24,343 bases of DNA from Candidatus Acidiferrum sp. (GTDB lineage: Archaea; Thermoproteota; Bathyarchaeia; 40CM-2-53-6): positions 1 to 24,343 of the forward strand of contig DASQZS010000167.1 in the NCBI GenBank assembly GCA_035638535.1. The letters run 5' to 3'. Positions 1 to 8,923 of the stretch are shown in pieces; the stretch's first letter is position 1, and the number at the start of each line of letters is the position of its first letter. The translations under genes were made by a program, and so were the position numbers. A model generated the notes under the pieces. The model was not told where the DNA came from, did not search any database, and saw only the letters and a list, made by a program, of their open reading frames with translations.

Positions 1-11
1 CCTCAAGCATC

Positions 12-794
12 ATGAGCATAGCAGAGAAGAAGGGGGACGGGCCACCCTCTCTTGAGTTAATGTTGCGGAGGACGATAGGAGATAGCTACAGGCGCCTAGT
101 TTGGAAGATTCTGCTTTGGCGATTCGCACTTGCTACTCGAAATATAGTTGCGTTGGAAGATGCGTTAGAGCTTGCTTACTCAAAACCATTTAACGCGCTA
201 ATTACTCCAAATCAGATTCGTAGCGAAATTCAAGGGTTATGTGAGGTTGTTCGCCGGAGGAGGCCGAGAACAGTGCTTGAAATCGGAACAGAGCATGGGG
301 GAAGCTTCTTCCTGTTCAGCCGGGTATCGGCTCCTGATGCGTTGCTCGTCAGTGTAGACGCAGCAAACGAGGATTTGAAACCTTGGCGGACACTCTGCGC
401 AGATTTGAGAACGAAGGGGCAGAATGTTTGCGTTATTGACGGAGATTCTCATGCCTCCTCGACAGTGGAAAGGGTGAATCGCGTTCTTGGAAATCGAAAA
501 GTTGACTTTCTATTCATTGACGGAGACCACAGCTACGAAGGGGTTAAGCAAGATTTTGAAAATTATTTAGACTTCCTAAATGATCCAGGCTTGGTAGCTT
601 TCCACGACATTAACCAAGATTACTGGACGAGATTCGGAAAACGAACGGGTAGTAATTCGGGAGAGGTTTACCGGTTTTGGGCCAAAGTGAAAATGGGATA
701 TTCGAATACTGAGTGCATCGAAAATCCCGACGAGGATGGATTCGGAATTGGCATCCTATTCATTGGATCGAGTGCGGAAGACGTAAAATATTGA
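12..794 (+). CDS. Class I SAM-dependent methyltransferase (Methyltransf_24-like)
   Basis: Motif I VLEIGTEHGGS followed by SVD, GDSH and DFLFIDGDHSYEGVKQDF...HD, typical of this family. Start codon uncertain near the window edge. Confidence 0.88.
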   Translation: MSIAEKKGDGPPSLELMLRRTIGDSYRRLVWKILLWRFALATRNIVALEDALELAYSKPFNALITPNQIRSEIQGLCEVVRRRRPRTVLEIGTEHGGSFFLFSRVSAPDALLVSVDAANEDLKPWRTLCADLRTKGQNVCVIDGDSHASSTVERVNRVLGNRKVDFLFIDGDHSYEGVKQDFENYLDFLNDPGLVAFHDINQDYWTRFGKRTGSNSGEVYRFWAKVKMGYSNTECIENPDEDGFGIGILFIGSSAEDVKY

Positions 795-821
795 ACGGCG
801 AGAAAGCTCAGGATATTACTC

Positions 822-846
822 ACATGATTCATGTAACATTATGTTA
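822..846. promoter_or_regulatory. Two abutting 13-bp palindromes upstream of the glutaredoxin-like gene (possible TF site)
   Basis: ACATGA-T-TCATGT (822-834) and TAACAT-T-ATGTTA (834-846), sharing one base. Confidence 0.35.
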
Positions 847-902
847 AGTAAGCTAATTGGAATCTTCGTCATAGTCGTTAACGTAATCCAAAGCGTAAGC
901 GT

Positions 903-1163
903 GTGGCATGTTTGAGTTCGACTAAAATAAAATTATTCTCACACAATGAATGTGTTCACTGCGTTGCCGCGAGAAGATTCCTTTCCGCGCATCAAATCTT
1001 TTTTGAGGAGGTTGATGTCGAATACACTCCAGGTGCGTTACAGGAGCTTACAAAACTAACGGGCTCTCCGAGACACGTGCCTGTTCTGGCGGTAAATGAA
1101 GAAGTCTTTATTGATTTTGATAGTAAGATCGGTGAACGAATCGTTAAACAGGTGAGATCTTAG
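903..1163 (+). CDS. Glutaredoxin/NrdH-like redoxin
   Basis: 86 aa with CVHC (CxxC) after a beta strand, and RHVPVL carrying the cis-Pro motif of the thioredoxin fold. GTG start; TTG at 912 is an alternative. Confidence 0.85.
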   Translation: MACLSSTKIKLFSHNECVHCVAARRFLSAHQIFFEEVDVEYTPGALQELTKLTGSPRHVPVLAVNEEVFIDFDSKIGERIVKQVRS

Positions 1164-1232
1164 CGGCATCCTCTGCTGATTATCTTCGACTCGTTACAAG
1201 AAGTCTAACGCAATAGTTCTCTTCGGATAACG

Positions 1233-2126
1233 TTAGGGGAAAAGCACTTTTTCGACCAGTTTGATAATTTTCTTGGCGCATTTACCGTCATTGTCCGCAG
1301 TCGGATCGTAGAGCGTAACATCCATTCCCACAAGTGGTAATGTGGAGAGAACGTTACAAACTGATAATGCTTCGTCGAGACGGAGTCCCCCAGGACAATG
1401 AACGTTGGCTTTCATGCCTGCCAACGCAGGCATTTCTTGAGGGTTCATAACATCACAATCGAAATGTAGGTAGACCGGTCTCGGAAGGAACTGGGATGAG
1501 CGCGTCAGTTCGAGTTCGAAATCTTCCGCCCCCTGGTCTTTTAGAAAGATGTTTCTTACACCAGCCCTGATTAGGTCGTCGATTTCTGGTTGATCTATAT
1601 TTGCCGGACGAGGCCCTGCGAGTAGAACATTCTGGGGCTTAACGATAGGAAAATTGTCGCCCAGATGCGTTAATTCGTCAGGTCCGAAGCCCGAAGCGAT
1701 AGCAAGACTCATGCCTGAGAAATAGCCGGATTTCGTGGTCTCAGGGGTATGAAAATCAGGATGACCATCTAGGTAAATTGCACTAATGTCATGATCTATT
1801 GACGTAATGCCAGCGAGCGCGCCTGGAAAGAGGCTGCAATCTCCGCCGATCACTAGAGGAAAATATCCATCCTTGACAACCTGAGAAACCAGACGCTTTA
1901 TTGATCGACAACCATCAGCAACTAGCTTAAGGTTTCGAGATTTTCCTGTCAACTCATCTTGCGCAACCGTCTCGAGCGAGAGGTCTCCACAATCTCTAAC
2001 TTCTGCGTGGGTTTTCAGAATCTCGACGAGGCCAGCGTGACGAAGCGCCCTAGGCGCATTCTCAACGCCAGAATCACGCACTCCATCGCAGAGAGGAGCA
2101 CCAATAACGCCAATTCTAGGTCTCAT
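1233..2126 (-). CDS. Arginase/ureohydrolase-family protein (non-canonical active site)
   Basis: IGAPL..G...GVENAP, GGDCS (cf. GGDHS), DGHPD (DxHxD), SGM and HFDCD (DxD) motifs. Confidence 0.9.
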   Translation of the reverse strand: MRPRIGVIGAPLCDGVRDSGVENAPRALRHAGLVEILKTHAEVRDCGDLSLETVAQDELTGKSRNLKLVADGCRSIKRLVSQVVKDGYFPLVIGGDCSLFPGALAGITSIDHDISAIYLDGHPDFHTPETTKSGYFSGMSLAIASGFGPDELTHLGDNFPIVKPQNVLLAGPRPANIDQPEIDDLIRAGVRNIFLKDQGAEDFELELTRSSQFLPRPVYLHFDCDVMNPQEMPALAGMKANVHCPGGLRLDEALSVCNVLSTLPLVGMDVTLYDPTADNDGKCAKKIIKLVEKVLFP

Positions 2127-2178
2127 GCTAACGAACCAGTTCCCAATCTACTGACTTGACTGAAGAGTTTGTCGGATG

Positions 2179-3966
2179 CTAGTGGAGTTTGGCGCCGCAC
2201 TTTCCGCAGAACTCGCTCGTAGTTGGGTTTTGGGTTCCACAGTTTCGGCAGTAAATCATTCCAGGTGTTGCGCCCGTAGTAACCTGTGCCGGTTGAGTTG
2301 GTTTTCGGCGAGACATCAACGCGGCAGCGACAGCTACGACGACGATCAACAGTATGCCTCCGAGAATGAGGAGTTGGTTTTGTTGTATCATGCTCATCAG
2401 GTCATTTGAGGTTGGAGTTGAAGAGGTTGAGGTTTGCGTTACCATGGCTGCGTTGACTGTTAGGACTAGGTTTGCGACATGGCTTAATCCCCCTCCACTC
2501 CCGGTCACTGTCAACGTATACGAGCCGGTTGACACATCGACTGGCAATGTGACCGTGAGCGTCGAAGCAAAGCTCGGAGCCGCCGAGGGATTGCTGAAGA
2601 CTCCATTCGCACCGGAAGGTAATCCTGAAACAGATAATGAGACCTGCGAATTAAAACCGTTAAGGGCAGCAACATTCACAGAATACGATACCGTCCCTCC
2701 CTGAAGCACACTCTGAGAGGCTGGACTCACGTTAATTGAAAAGTCGGATGCAGCCGAAACGGTGAGAGTGAAGGAGACCTGATGGGTTGCACCGCCACCA
2801 ACTCCCATTATTGTTAGCGTTGATGTTCCAGCTGAGACTGAAGATGTGGCTGTAACGCTTAGTGTTGAAGTGAAGGGAGGAGTTCCTGATGTTGGGTTAA
2901 ATGATGCGGACACACCAGCCGGTAACCCTGACATGCTGAGGGCGACACTTTGCGGTGGTCCCGTTAGTGTGTTCACAGTTACGGTGTAGCTTGTACTCCC
3001 TGCAGGAGTGATGCTCTGCTGGGTTGGTGAAATGGATAATGAAAAATCGAATTGCGCTTGGGGCGGTGGCACTGGTGGTCCGACATTGAACGTTATGCTG
3101 TTTTGATTGTTACTTGGGTTCGGATCGTTATTCGTCGAGACCGACCAGGTTAATGTGTGTGTTCCAGGCGTTGCTGTCCATGGGGTCTGTGCGCTCACGG
3201 TGGCCGGGGCGCCAGTTGGTCCAGGGTATGAGACGCTTCCTCCGCCGCATGATGTCCCGTCGATTGTGCATTCCACATCAACGCTCTGCGGATACGAACC
3301 CGTTGAAGAGAGCGCAGTCAATACCGCGCTGAAAGTTACAGGGTTACCCGCTTGAGGATTAGGGGGAATTGCTGAAACGGAACTGATCGCCCAATCTGTT
3401 GACACACCGCCGCCTGACGATTCGGAGATCTCGAGGCCAACACTGTTCCTGCGGACAGTATCTAAAGGCGGAGAGGTGCCGTTTGTTTGGAAGACTCCGG
3501 AACATGTACCGGAGCCCGTGTTATAGTAAGCAGTCCCGGGACCAGAGTCTTGTACTTGCGTGAACGCTATTGTGCTTCCTGACGGTACTGAGGCGCCTCC
3601 GAAATTGAACACGACATCCTGTTCGCTTGCTGTGGATGGAAGGTTGACGGTAACGGTCTGGGTGCTCCCTATGATGGGCCCGTTGTAGGCATTAAGGTTC
3701 GCAGTCATGGAGACCGTATAGGTTCCAGCCGGATTCGCATTATATTGCACGTGGACGGAATAGAGATTAGTACCAGGATACGATGTAACATAAAACCCGC
3801 GGCTCAGATCGTCTCCGCCAGGAGAACCGAACGGGCAACTAACTACAACCGTAGCAGCTGCAACACTCTTCGTTAAGAAGAACAATGATATTACTAGCAC
3901 TGCAAGCATGAGTGGTTTAATCGGACGCATAATCCATACTCCTAATACAGCACTCTTAGTCTCCAT
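2179..3966 (-). CDS. Membrane-anchored surface protein: signal peptide, beta-rich N-domain, CARDB-like domain, two Ig-like repeats, TM helix, cytoplasmic zinc ribbon
   Basis: Hydrophobic N-terminus ending VAAA; DWAISSV...SNNQNSITFNV CARDB-like segment; two ~100-aa repeats (DFSLSISP...SGLPAG / DFSINVSP...SGLPSG); TM LLILGGILLIVVVAVAAAL + RRK; CRNC...FCGKCG. Confidence 0.85.
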   Translation of the reverse strand: METKSAVLGVWIMRPIKPLMLAVLVISLFFLTKSVAAATVVVSCPFGSPGGDDLSRGFYVTSYPGTNLYSVHVQYNANPAGTYTVSMTANLNAYNGPIIGSTQTVTVNLPSTASEQDVVFNFGGASVPSGSTIAFTQVQDSGPGTAYYNTGSGTCSGVFQTNGTSPPLDTVRRNSVGLEISESSGGGVSTDWAISSVSAIPPNPQAGNPVTFSAVLTALSSTGSYPQSVDVECTIDGTSCGGGSVSYPGPTGAPATVSAQTPWTATPGTHTLTWSVSTNNDPNPSNNQNSITFNVGPPVPPPQAQFDFSLSISPTQQSITPAGSTSYTVTVNTLTGPPQSVALSMSGLPAGVSASFNPTSGTPPFTSTLSVTATSSVSAGTSTLTIMGVGGGATHQVSFTLTVSAASDFSINVSPASQSVLQGGTVSYSVNVAALNGFNSQVSLSVSGLPSGANGVFSNPSAAPSFASTLTVTLPVDVSTGSYTLTVTGSGGGLSHVANLVLTVNAAMVTQTSTSSTPTSNDLMSMIQQNQLLILGGILLIVVVAVAAALMSRRKPTQPAQVTTGATPGMIYCRNCGTQNPTTSEFCGKCGAKLH

Positions 3967-4142
3967 GGTATTTCAGACTTCGCCCACATCCACAACGAGT
4001 CGTTTACTCGAACATTTGCCAAGATGGTTGAGTAATTGCCGATAAAGCTATATCATAAATTTCTACGGATTTGAGCATATTTCTACTGGTGAAATTATGC
4101 TTAGCTTTTGTGATAGAATCTAGTGGTGCACATACGATCCGA

Positions 4143-4763
4143 TCAGAGTACGGTTGTGACGAGGATAGTAGTGCCAAGGATAGTGAATACCAGAAGGGAG
4201 AAGAGTCTGAGATTCTTCGGTGACAAGTGATTGCGCAGTCGATTTCCAATAGTAGTCTCGAGCGCAGTTGCAGCGATCAGTGCAATTAGAGCGCTTGCGA
4301 AAACGAGAAACATGTTGTTAAAGCGAGCGACGAACACGATTATCAGAACCTCAGTTGCATCACCAGCAAGATCAAGTAGAGCAAGCATCGACACTGCTGC
4401 TAAGAACGCCGACCACATACTCTTCGTTGACGTTCGAGCAAGCAACTTCTCCTCTTCTTTTGCAAGTTCTTTCTCATTGACTTTTATGAACCCCCAAAGC
4501 CCATAACAAATCATTATTATCCCGCCCACAATTTTGATCCAGTATACCGGGAAAACGTTTACCAGGAAATATCCTGACGCGACGATGATCGCGGTTGTGA
4601 TGGTAAACGTGACTGCTCCAGCTGCAAAAACAAACCACGACCTATGCCTTGTTGCCAGGGTAAGTATCAGAAAGGCGTCTTTGTCTGTTAGCTCCGCAAC
4701 GAAGACAGCTGACGCTACGGTAGCCATAATGGTTGTTTCATTGAAAACTGGCAATACGATCAT
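4143..4763 (-). CDS. TMEM165/GDT1 (UPF0016)-family putative Ca2+/Mn2+ transporter
   Basis: Six hydrophobic segments in two halves; VAELTDKD and LAGDATE correspond to the two ExGD[KR][ST] motifs. SD GTGAGGA directly upstream. Confidence 0.8.
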   Translation of the reverse strand: MIVLPVFNETTIMATVASAVFVAELTDKDAFLILTLATRHRSWFVFAAGAVTFTITTAIIVASGYFLVNVFPVYWIKIVGGIIMICYGLWGFIKVNEKELAKEEEKLLARTSTKSMWSAFLAAVSMLALLDLAGDATEVLIIVFVARFNNMFLVFASALIALIAATALETTIGNRLRNHLSPKNLRLFSLLVFTILGTTILVTTVL

Positions 4764-4770
4764 TCCTCAC
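4764..4770 (-). promoter_or_regulatory. Shine-Dalgarno-like site (GTGAGGA) for the GDT1-family gene
   Basis: Plus-strand tcctcac adjacent to the ATG at 4763. Confidence 0.5.
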
Positions 4771-4794
4771 TCAAATTCATGATTTACCGCTTGT

Positions 4795-7134
4795 GTGTGC
4801 TCACACTTTCACCTTGGACTCGTACCTTTTCGCTTCTCTCTCCATGTTGTAAATGATTGCGACTGGGTATGTGCTGTGTTGCTATTGAGGCATCTAGGGT
4901 GGATTATCGATCTCTATCCAAAAGCAGGCTCAATGATAATTTGGCTAAAGAAAACAGATGGTAGCTGCGTCAAGCTCACCGATCAATGGAATCCGCAATT
5001 TTACATAGCCGGTGAACCTAGCAATCTTTCCAATCTGACCTCCCAACCTTTCATGTACCGTTGGAAGTTCGTGAAGAAATTTGAAAAAGCGGGCGATCAA
5101 TTCCGATGTAAAGTTCTTGAGGTCACTGCTGCCAGTGAACGGGAAACCCTAGGATCAGCAAGAAGAATTCAGCGGTATGGAAATTTTTCCAAATTTCGAC
5201 TATACAATGTTGACATCCCATCCACGCAGATGTATCTCTACCAGAAAGACCTGTTTCCCTTCGGACTGGTTGAAGCAGAAGAAACGGGAAATGACGTACG
5301 ATGGACACTGAGAGATTCCCGGGAATCAACTGACTACGAGCTGCCACCGTTACGAAGAATTGAATTCAAAGTCACAACCAACATCTCCGGTAGAATTCGA
5401 AGCTTTGAAGATGGATTACATTCGGTAACCATTCGTGATGGAAACGAAATTCTCAGAATAGATTCTGGTGATGAAACAGAAAAACTCCTTAAACTTGTCA
5501 AGGTTTTTCGTGAAATTAATCCGGACATCATTCTTACCGAAGACGGAGATTCATTCATCTTTCCATATCTCGCCAGACGCGCAGACCTCAACGGAATCCT
5601 AGATGGTCTGATTCTTGGACGTGAGGAAGTCCCATTGAGAATCTACGAATTGCAGGGACACAGCTACTTTTCGTATGGAAAGATACTTTTCAGGCAGACC
5701 GCTGCAAGGCTGTTTGGAAGACTGCATATCGACGGGTCAAACGCATTCATTGGCACAGACTGTGGCCTAGAAGGGTTGTTCGAAGTTGCGAGAACCTGCA
5801 TAATTCCAGTTCAGAGAGCTTCTCGAACTACAATCGGCACGAGCATGACTTCACTACAATTATACCACGCAGTGAAGCAAGACGTGCTGATTCCCTGGAA
5901 CAAGAATGATGCTGAGGACTGGAAAAACGGGAAAGAACTCCTTATCGCTGATCGAGGAGGATTAATCTACGAGCCACAGTTCGGAATCCACGATTCGGTC
6001 GGAGAATTAGATTTCTCTTCGCTCTACCCGACGGTTATGATGAAGAAGAACCTTAGCGGAGAGACGGTTAACTGTGAATGTTGCCCGAACTCAACCAGCA
6101 GAGTCCCCGAGCTAAATTGGAATATCTGCGAAAGATGGGAAGGAATCGTTCCGCTTTCATTGCGTATACTGCTACGGAAGCGTATACTCTACAAGAAACT
6201 TAAGAAAGAAACTATCGACCCGCATATCAGGCTTCGCTATGATCAACGTCAAGCCGCGTTGAAATGGATTCTTGTCTGCTCATTCGGGTATCTGGGGTTC
6301 AAGAACGCGCGATTTGGCAAGATAGACGCACACATCGCCACATGCGCGTATTCAAGAGAGATACTTAGGAAGGCAGTGGCATTTGCCGAGACTAAAGGTT
6401 TCAAACTTGTTCATGGCATTGTTGATTCGATGTGGCTGAAGAAAGCTAACGCTACGAACAGAGAATACGAAGATCTCGCTTGCGAAATAGCAAAGGAACT
6501 TGATTTTCCGATAAGTTTCGAAGGCCAGTACAAGTGGATTGTATTTCTTAACTCACAAATGGATCGACATGTGCCGGTGTTGAATCGATATTATGGAGTC
6601 TCCGAAGACGACAAACTGAAGCTGAGAGGGATTGAACTGAGAAGACATGACACACCACGTATAGTGAACGAGTGTCAGAACCAGATGCTCGAAGTGCTCT
6701 CGAAAGCTAGGAATTCTACGGAGTTTAGGAAATTGATCCCGGAAGTGTTCGATGTCTTGAAACTCTACGCAACCAAGCTCAGGCAGCGAGATGCTACTAT
6801 CGAAGACCTGGTAATCTCAAAGAATCTCAGTAAAAATCCGGAGAATTACGAAAAAATAATTCCACAAGCAGTAGCAGCGAGGCATCTAGTCAGAGAAGGT
6901 CAAGAGGTCCAAGCCGGACAGTCAGTATGCTACGTGTTAACTCGAAGGAAGTCGAGGACGCTAAATAACCGAGCCCTTCCACTAGAACTTGCCAACAAGG
7001 GCGAGTATGACACTGAGCAATACGTCGACCTACTACGCTCATCGGCAACGAACCTGCTACTACCACTGGGATACGACCTTAAACAGATAAAACAGCTAGA
7101 CCAGTCTCAAAGCTCGGCCATTCAATATACATAA
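4795..7134 (+). CDS. polB2: Archaeal family-B DNA polymerase, PolB2 (Dpo2) group
   Basis: DFSSLYP (region II), RQAALKWILVCSFGYLG (region III), HGIVDS replacing YGDTDS (region I), CECC insert, degenerate exonuclease motifs and KLRGIELRRHD. True start probably GTG 4876 or TTG 4885, just before GWIIDLYP. Confidence 0.92.
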   Translation: MCSHFHLGLVPFRFSLHVVNDCDWVCAVLLLRHLGWIIDLYPKAGSMIIWLKKTDGSCVKLTDQWNPQFYIAGEPSNLSNLTSQPFMYRWKFVKKFEKAGDQFRCKVLEVTAASERETLGSARRIQRYGNFSKFRLYNVDIPSTQMYLYQKDLFPFGLVEAEETGNDVRWTLRDSRESTDYELPPLRRIEFKVTTNISGRIRSFEDGLHSVTIRDGNEILRIDSGDETEKLLKLVKVFREINPDIILTEDGDSFIFPYLARRADLNGILDGLILGREEVPLRIYELQGHSYFSYGKILFRQTAARLFGRLHIDGSNAFIGTDCGLEGLFEVARTCIIPVQRASRTTIGTSMTSLQLYHAVKQDVLIPWNKNDAEDWKNGKELLIADRGGLIYEPQFGIHDSVGELDFSSLYPTVMMKKNLSGETVNCECCPNSTSRVPELNWNICERWEGIVPLSLRILLRKRILYKKLKKETIDPHIRLRYDQRQAALKWILVCSFGYLGFKNARFGKIDAHIATCAYSREILRKAVAFAETKGFKLVHGIVDSMWLKKANATNREYEDLACEIAKELDFPISFEGQYKWIVFLNSQMDRHVPVLNRYYGVSEDDKLKLRGIELRRHDTPRIVNECQNQMLEVLSKARNSTEFRKLIPEVFDVLKLYATKLRQRDATIEDLVISKNLSKNPENYEKIIPQAVAARHLVREGQEVQAGQSVCYVLTRRKSRTLNNRALPLELANKGEYDTEQYVDLLRSSATNLLLPLGYDLKQIKQLDQSQSSAIQYT

Positions 7135-7153
7135 GGCGAAGGATACTACTATT

Positions 7154-7321
7154 ATGAGTACTGAGTTGCAGATGAAGCAGTTTCTAACTGAAATGTTTGT
7201 GGCATTACGAAGTAGTGTAATGTGTCTCTGTTTGCTTCCTCTGCTTGCTTTCTACGGGTTAGCAGTAGATCTCCAAATTCAAATCAATGAATTATTGAAT
7301 CACCCTGTAAGCAACACGTAG
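7154..7321 (+). CDS. Possible 55-aa hydrophobic micro-ORF (not in ORF track)
   Basis: ATG 7154 to TAG 7321: MSTELQMKQFLTEMFVALRSSVMCLCLLPLLAFYGLAVDLQIQINELLNHPVSNT. One hydrophobic stretch; no recognised homology. Confidence 0.2.
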   Translation: MSTELQMKQFLTEMFVALRSSVMCLCLLPLLAFYGLAVDLQIQINELLNHPVSNT

Positions 7322-7422
7322 TAGCTGCTATGAGGAGACGCACCCCAAAAATCCGTCTTCTCAAATCTCGTTGTCGTGACCACAACCAAGATTGAATCTA
7401 CAACGAGAACTAACTGTCTGGA

Positions 7423-8910
7423 GTGGATGATTCATCCAGAACTGCTTTTTACCGCATATGCTCAGCTGGAAACTTGAACTGCGTTACTAAATCGGAGCAT
7501 TTCAGGTTGGAAAGAAGAACATTCCTCAAACTCGCCGTCTTAACGTCAGGGTTGACTGCTGCTGGTTACCTTGCTGGCGATTTGCTGCAGGTTACGGATG
7601 CTTCGGTCCAATCATTAACGGGTTCGCTCGATGCCGATCCGAGTGTTCCCATGAATCCAGATTGGCAGATTCCGCATTTGCTCAGGCGTGCGGGGTTTGG
7701 CGGATCACCTGATGAGATTTCATCATACCAGAATCTTGGATTAAGCGGTGCGATAGATCGGTTAGTCAACTATCAGAGTATAGATGAGAGCGCTCTTCCC
7801 GCCGAACCAAACATAACGATGGAGCGTACGAAGAAACCTTCTCCATTGGATATTCAAAAGTTAGTGTGGTGGTGGGTTGATCGCATGGTCAACACGTCAA
7901 GGCCGTTGGAGGAGAAATTGACATTATTTTGGCACAATCACTTCGCGACTGCAATATACAAAGTTCGAAGTCCGTACCTCATGTTCAAACAGAACCAGCT
8001 TCTCCGTACATATGCAACGGGTAACTTCAGCGATTTGCTGATGGGAATAACCAAAGATCCGGCTATGTTGATCTGGCTCGACGGTGCGAAAAATCGTGCT
8101 GCTGCGCCCAATGAGAACTATGGACGCGAAGTGATGGAGGTATTCACTATCGGTGTCGGAAACTATACCGAGGACGATGTTAAGTCTGCTGCCAGAGCGT
8201 TCACAGGATATCAGATCAACAAGTCAGGTGAATCTTTCTTCAACCCAAAGGTTCACGACGATGGACAGAAGACCTTCCTTGGCCAAACAGGAAACTTCGG
8301 TCCGGAAGACATAGTTAACATACTCGCTAACCATCCGGCAACCGCCAAAAGAATTACGAGCGAACTATTCTCCTACTTATCATACAGCAATCCTAGCAGC
8401 GAGACCGTGAACAATTTGGCAAACGTCTTCACGGGCTCCAACGGGAATATCGGCGCGGTCGTTGAGGTGATACTGAAATCGGATGAATTCATGTCGAACC
8501 GTGCCCACCTGAGCCTTGTAAAGAGCCCAGTGGACTATGTCGTGACAGCGATGCGATCGCTTGGTGCAACCGTGAAGCCCAGAGCGGTGATTGGGGCATT
8601 GAAGAACATGGGACAACTCCCGTTTAATCCACCGAGCGTTTTCGGTTGGCCTGAAGGCATCGGGTGGATTAATACTTCAACTATTCTTGATCGATACAAT
8701 TTTCCGCTCGCCATAGACCCTTCTTCAGTTCAGGAGGTTCAAGACGGAGCCTCAGCCAGCGACGTTGCTCAAGTCCTATTTCCAGAAAAACTTCCATCAG
8801 AAGTTTTACAAGTCATTCAGAATTCGTCGAACTCATTGGACACTCCTACTGCTCAGTTACGAAACACGATTCGTCTCACAATGTCAACTCCGTACTATAA
8901 TCTGAATTGA
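7423..8910 (+). CDS. DUF1800 family protein with twin-arginine signal peptide
   Basis: HLLRRAGFG, RPLEEKLTLFWHNHFAT, ENYGREVMEVFTIG and YTEDDV signatures; RRTFLK + hydrophobic h-region. Likely start TTG 7507. Confidence 0.92.
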   Translation: MDDSSRTAFYRICSAGNLNCVTKSEHFRLERRTFLKLAVLTSGLTAAGYLAGDLLQVTDASVQSLTGSLDADPSVPMNPDWQIPHLLRRAGFGGSPDEISSYQNLGLSGAIDRLVNYQSIDESALPAEPNITMERTKKPSPLDIQKLVWWWVDRMVNTSRPLEEKLTLFWHNHFATAIYKVRSPYLMFKQNQLLRTYATGNFSDLLMGITKDPAMLIWLDGAKNRAAAPNENYGREVMEVFTIGVGNYTEDDVKSAARAFTGYQINKSGESFFNPKVHDDGQKTFLGQTGNFGPEDIVNILANHPATAKRITSELFSYLSYSNPSSETVNNLANVFTGSNGNIGAVVEVILKSDEFMSNRAHLSLVKSPVDYVVTAMRSLGATVKPRAVIGALKNMGQLPFNPPSVFGWPEGIGWINTSTILDRYNFPLAIDPSSVQEVQDGASASDVAQVLFPEKLPSEVLQVIQNSSNSLDTPTAQLRNTIRLTMSTPYYNLN

Positions 8911-8923
8911 AAGTGACTATGAT

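Noticed and set aside
2176-3355. Plus-strand ORFs (2176..2409, 2354..2704, 3107..3355, 3114..3332)
   Set aside because: Antisense shadows of the 595-aa surface protein; no independent motifs.
4231-4782. Plus-strand ORFs 4231..4506 and 4534..4782
   Set aside because: Antisense to the GDT1-family gene, which has family motifs and an SD.
4793-4810. GTGTG-CT-CACAC mini-palindrome and ACTTTC (matching the Sulfolobus damage-response hexamer ANTTTC) upstream of polB2
   Set aside because: Too short to distinguish from chance, and that motif is not established outside Sulfolobales.
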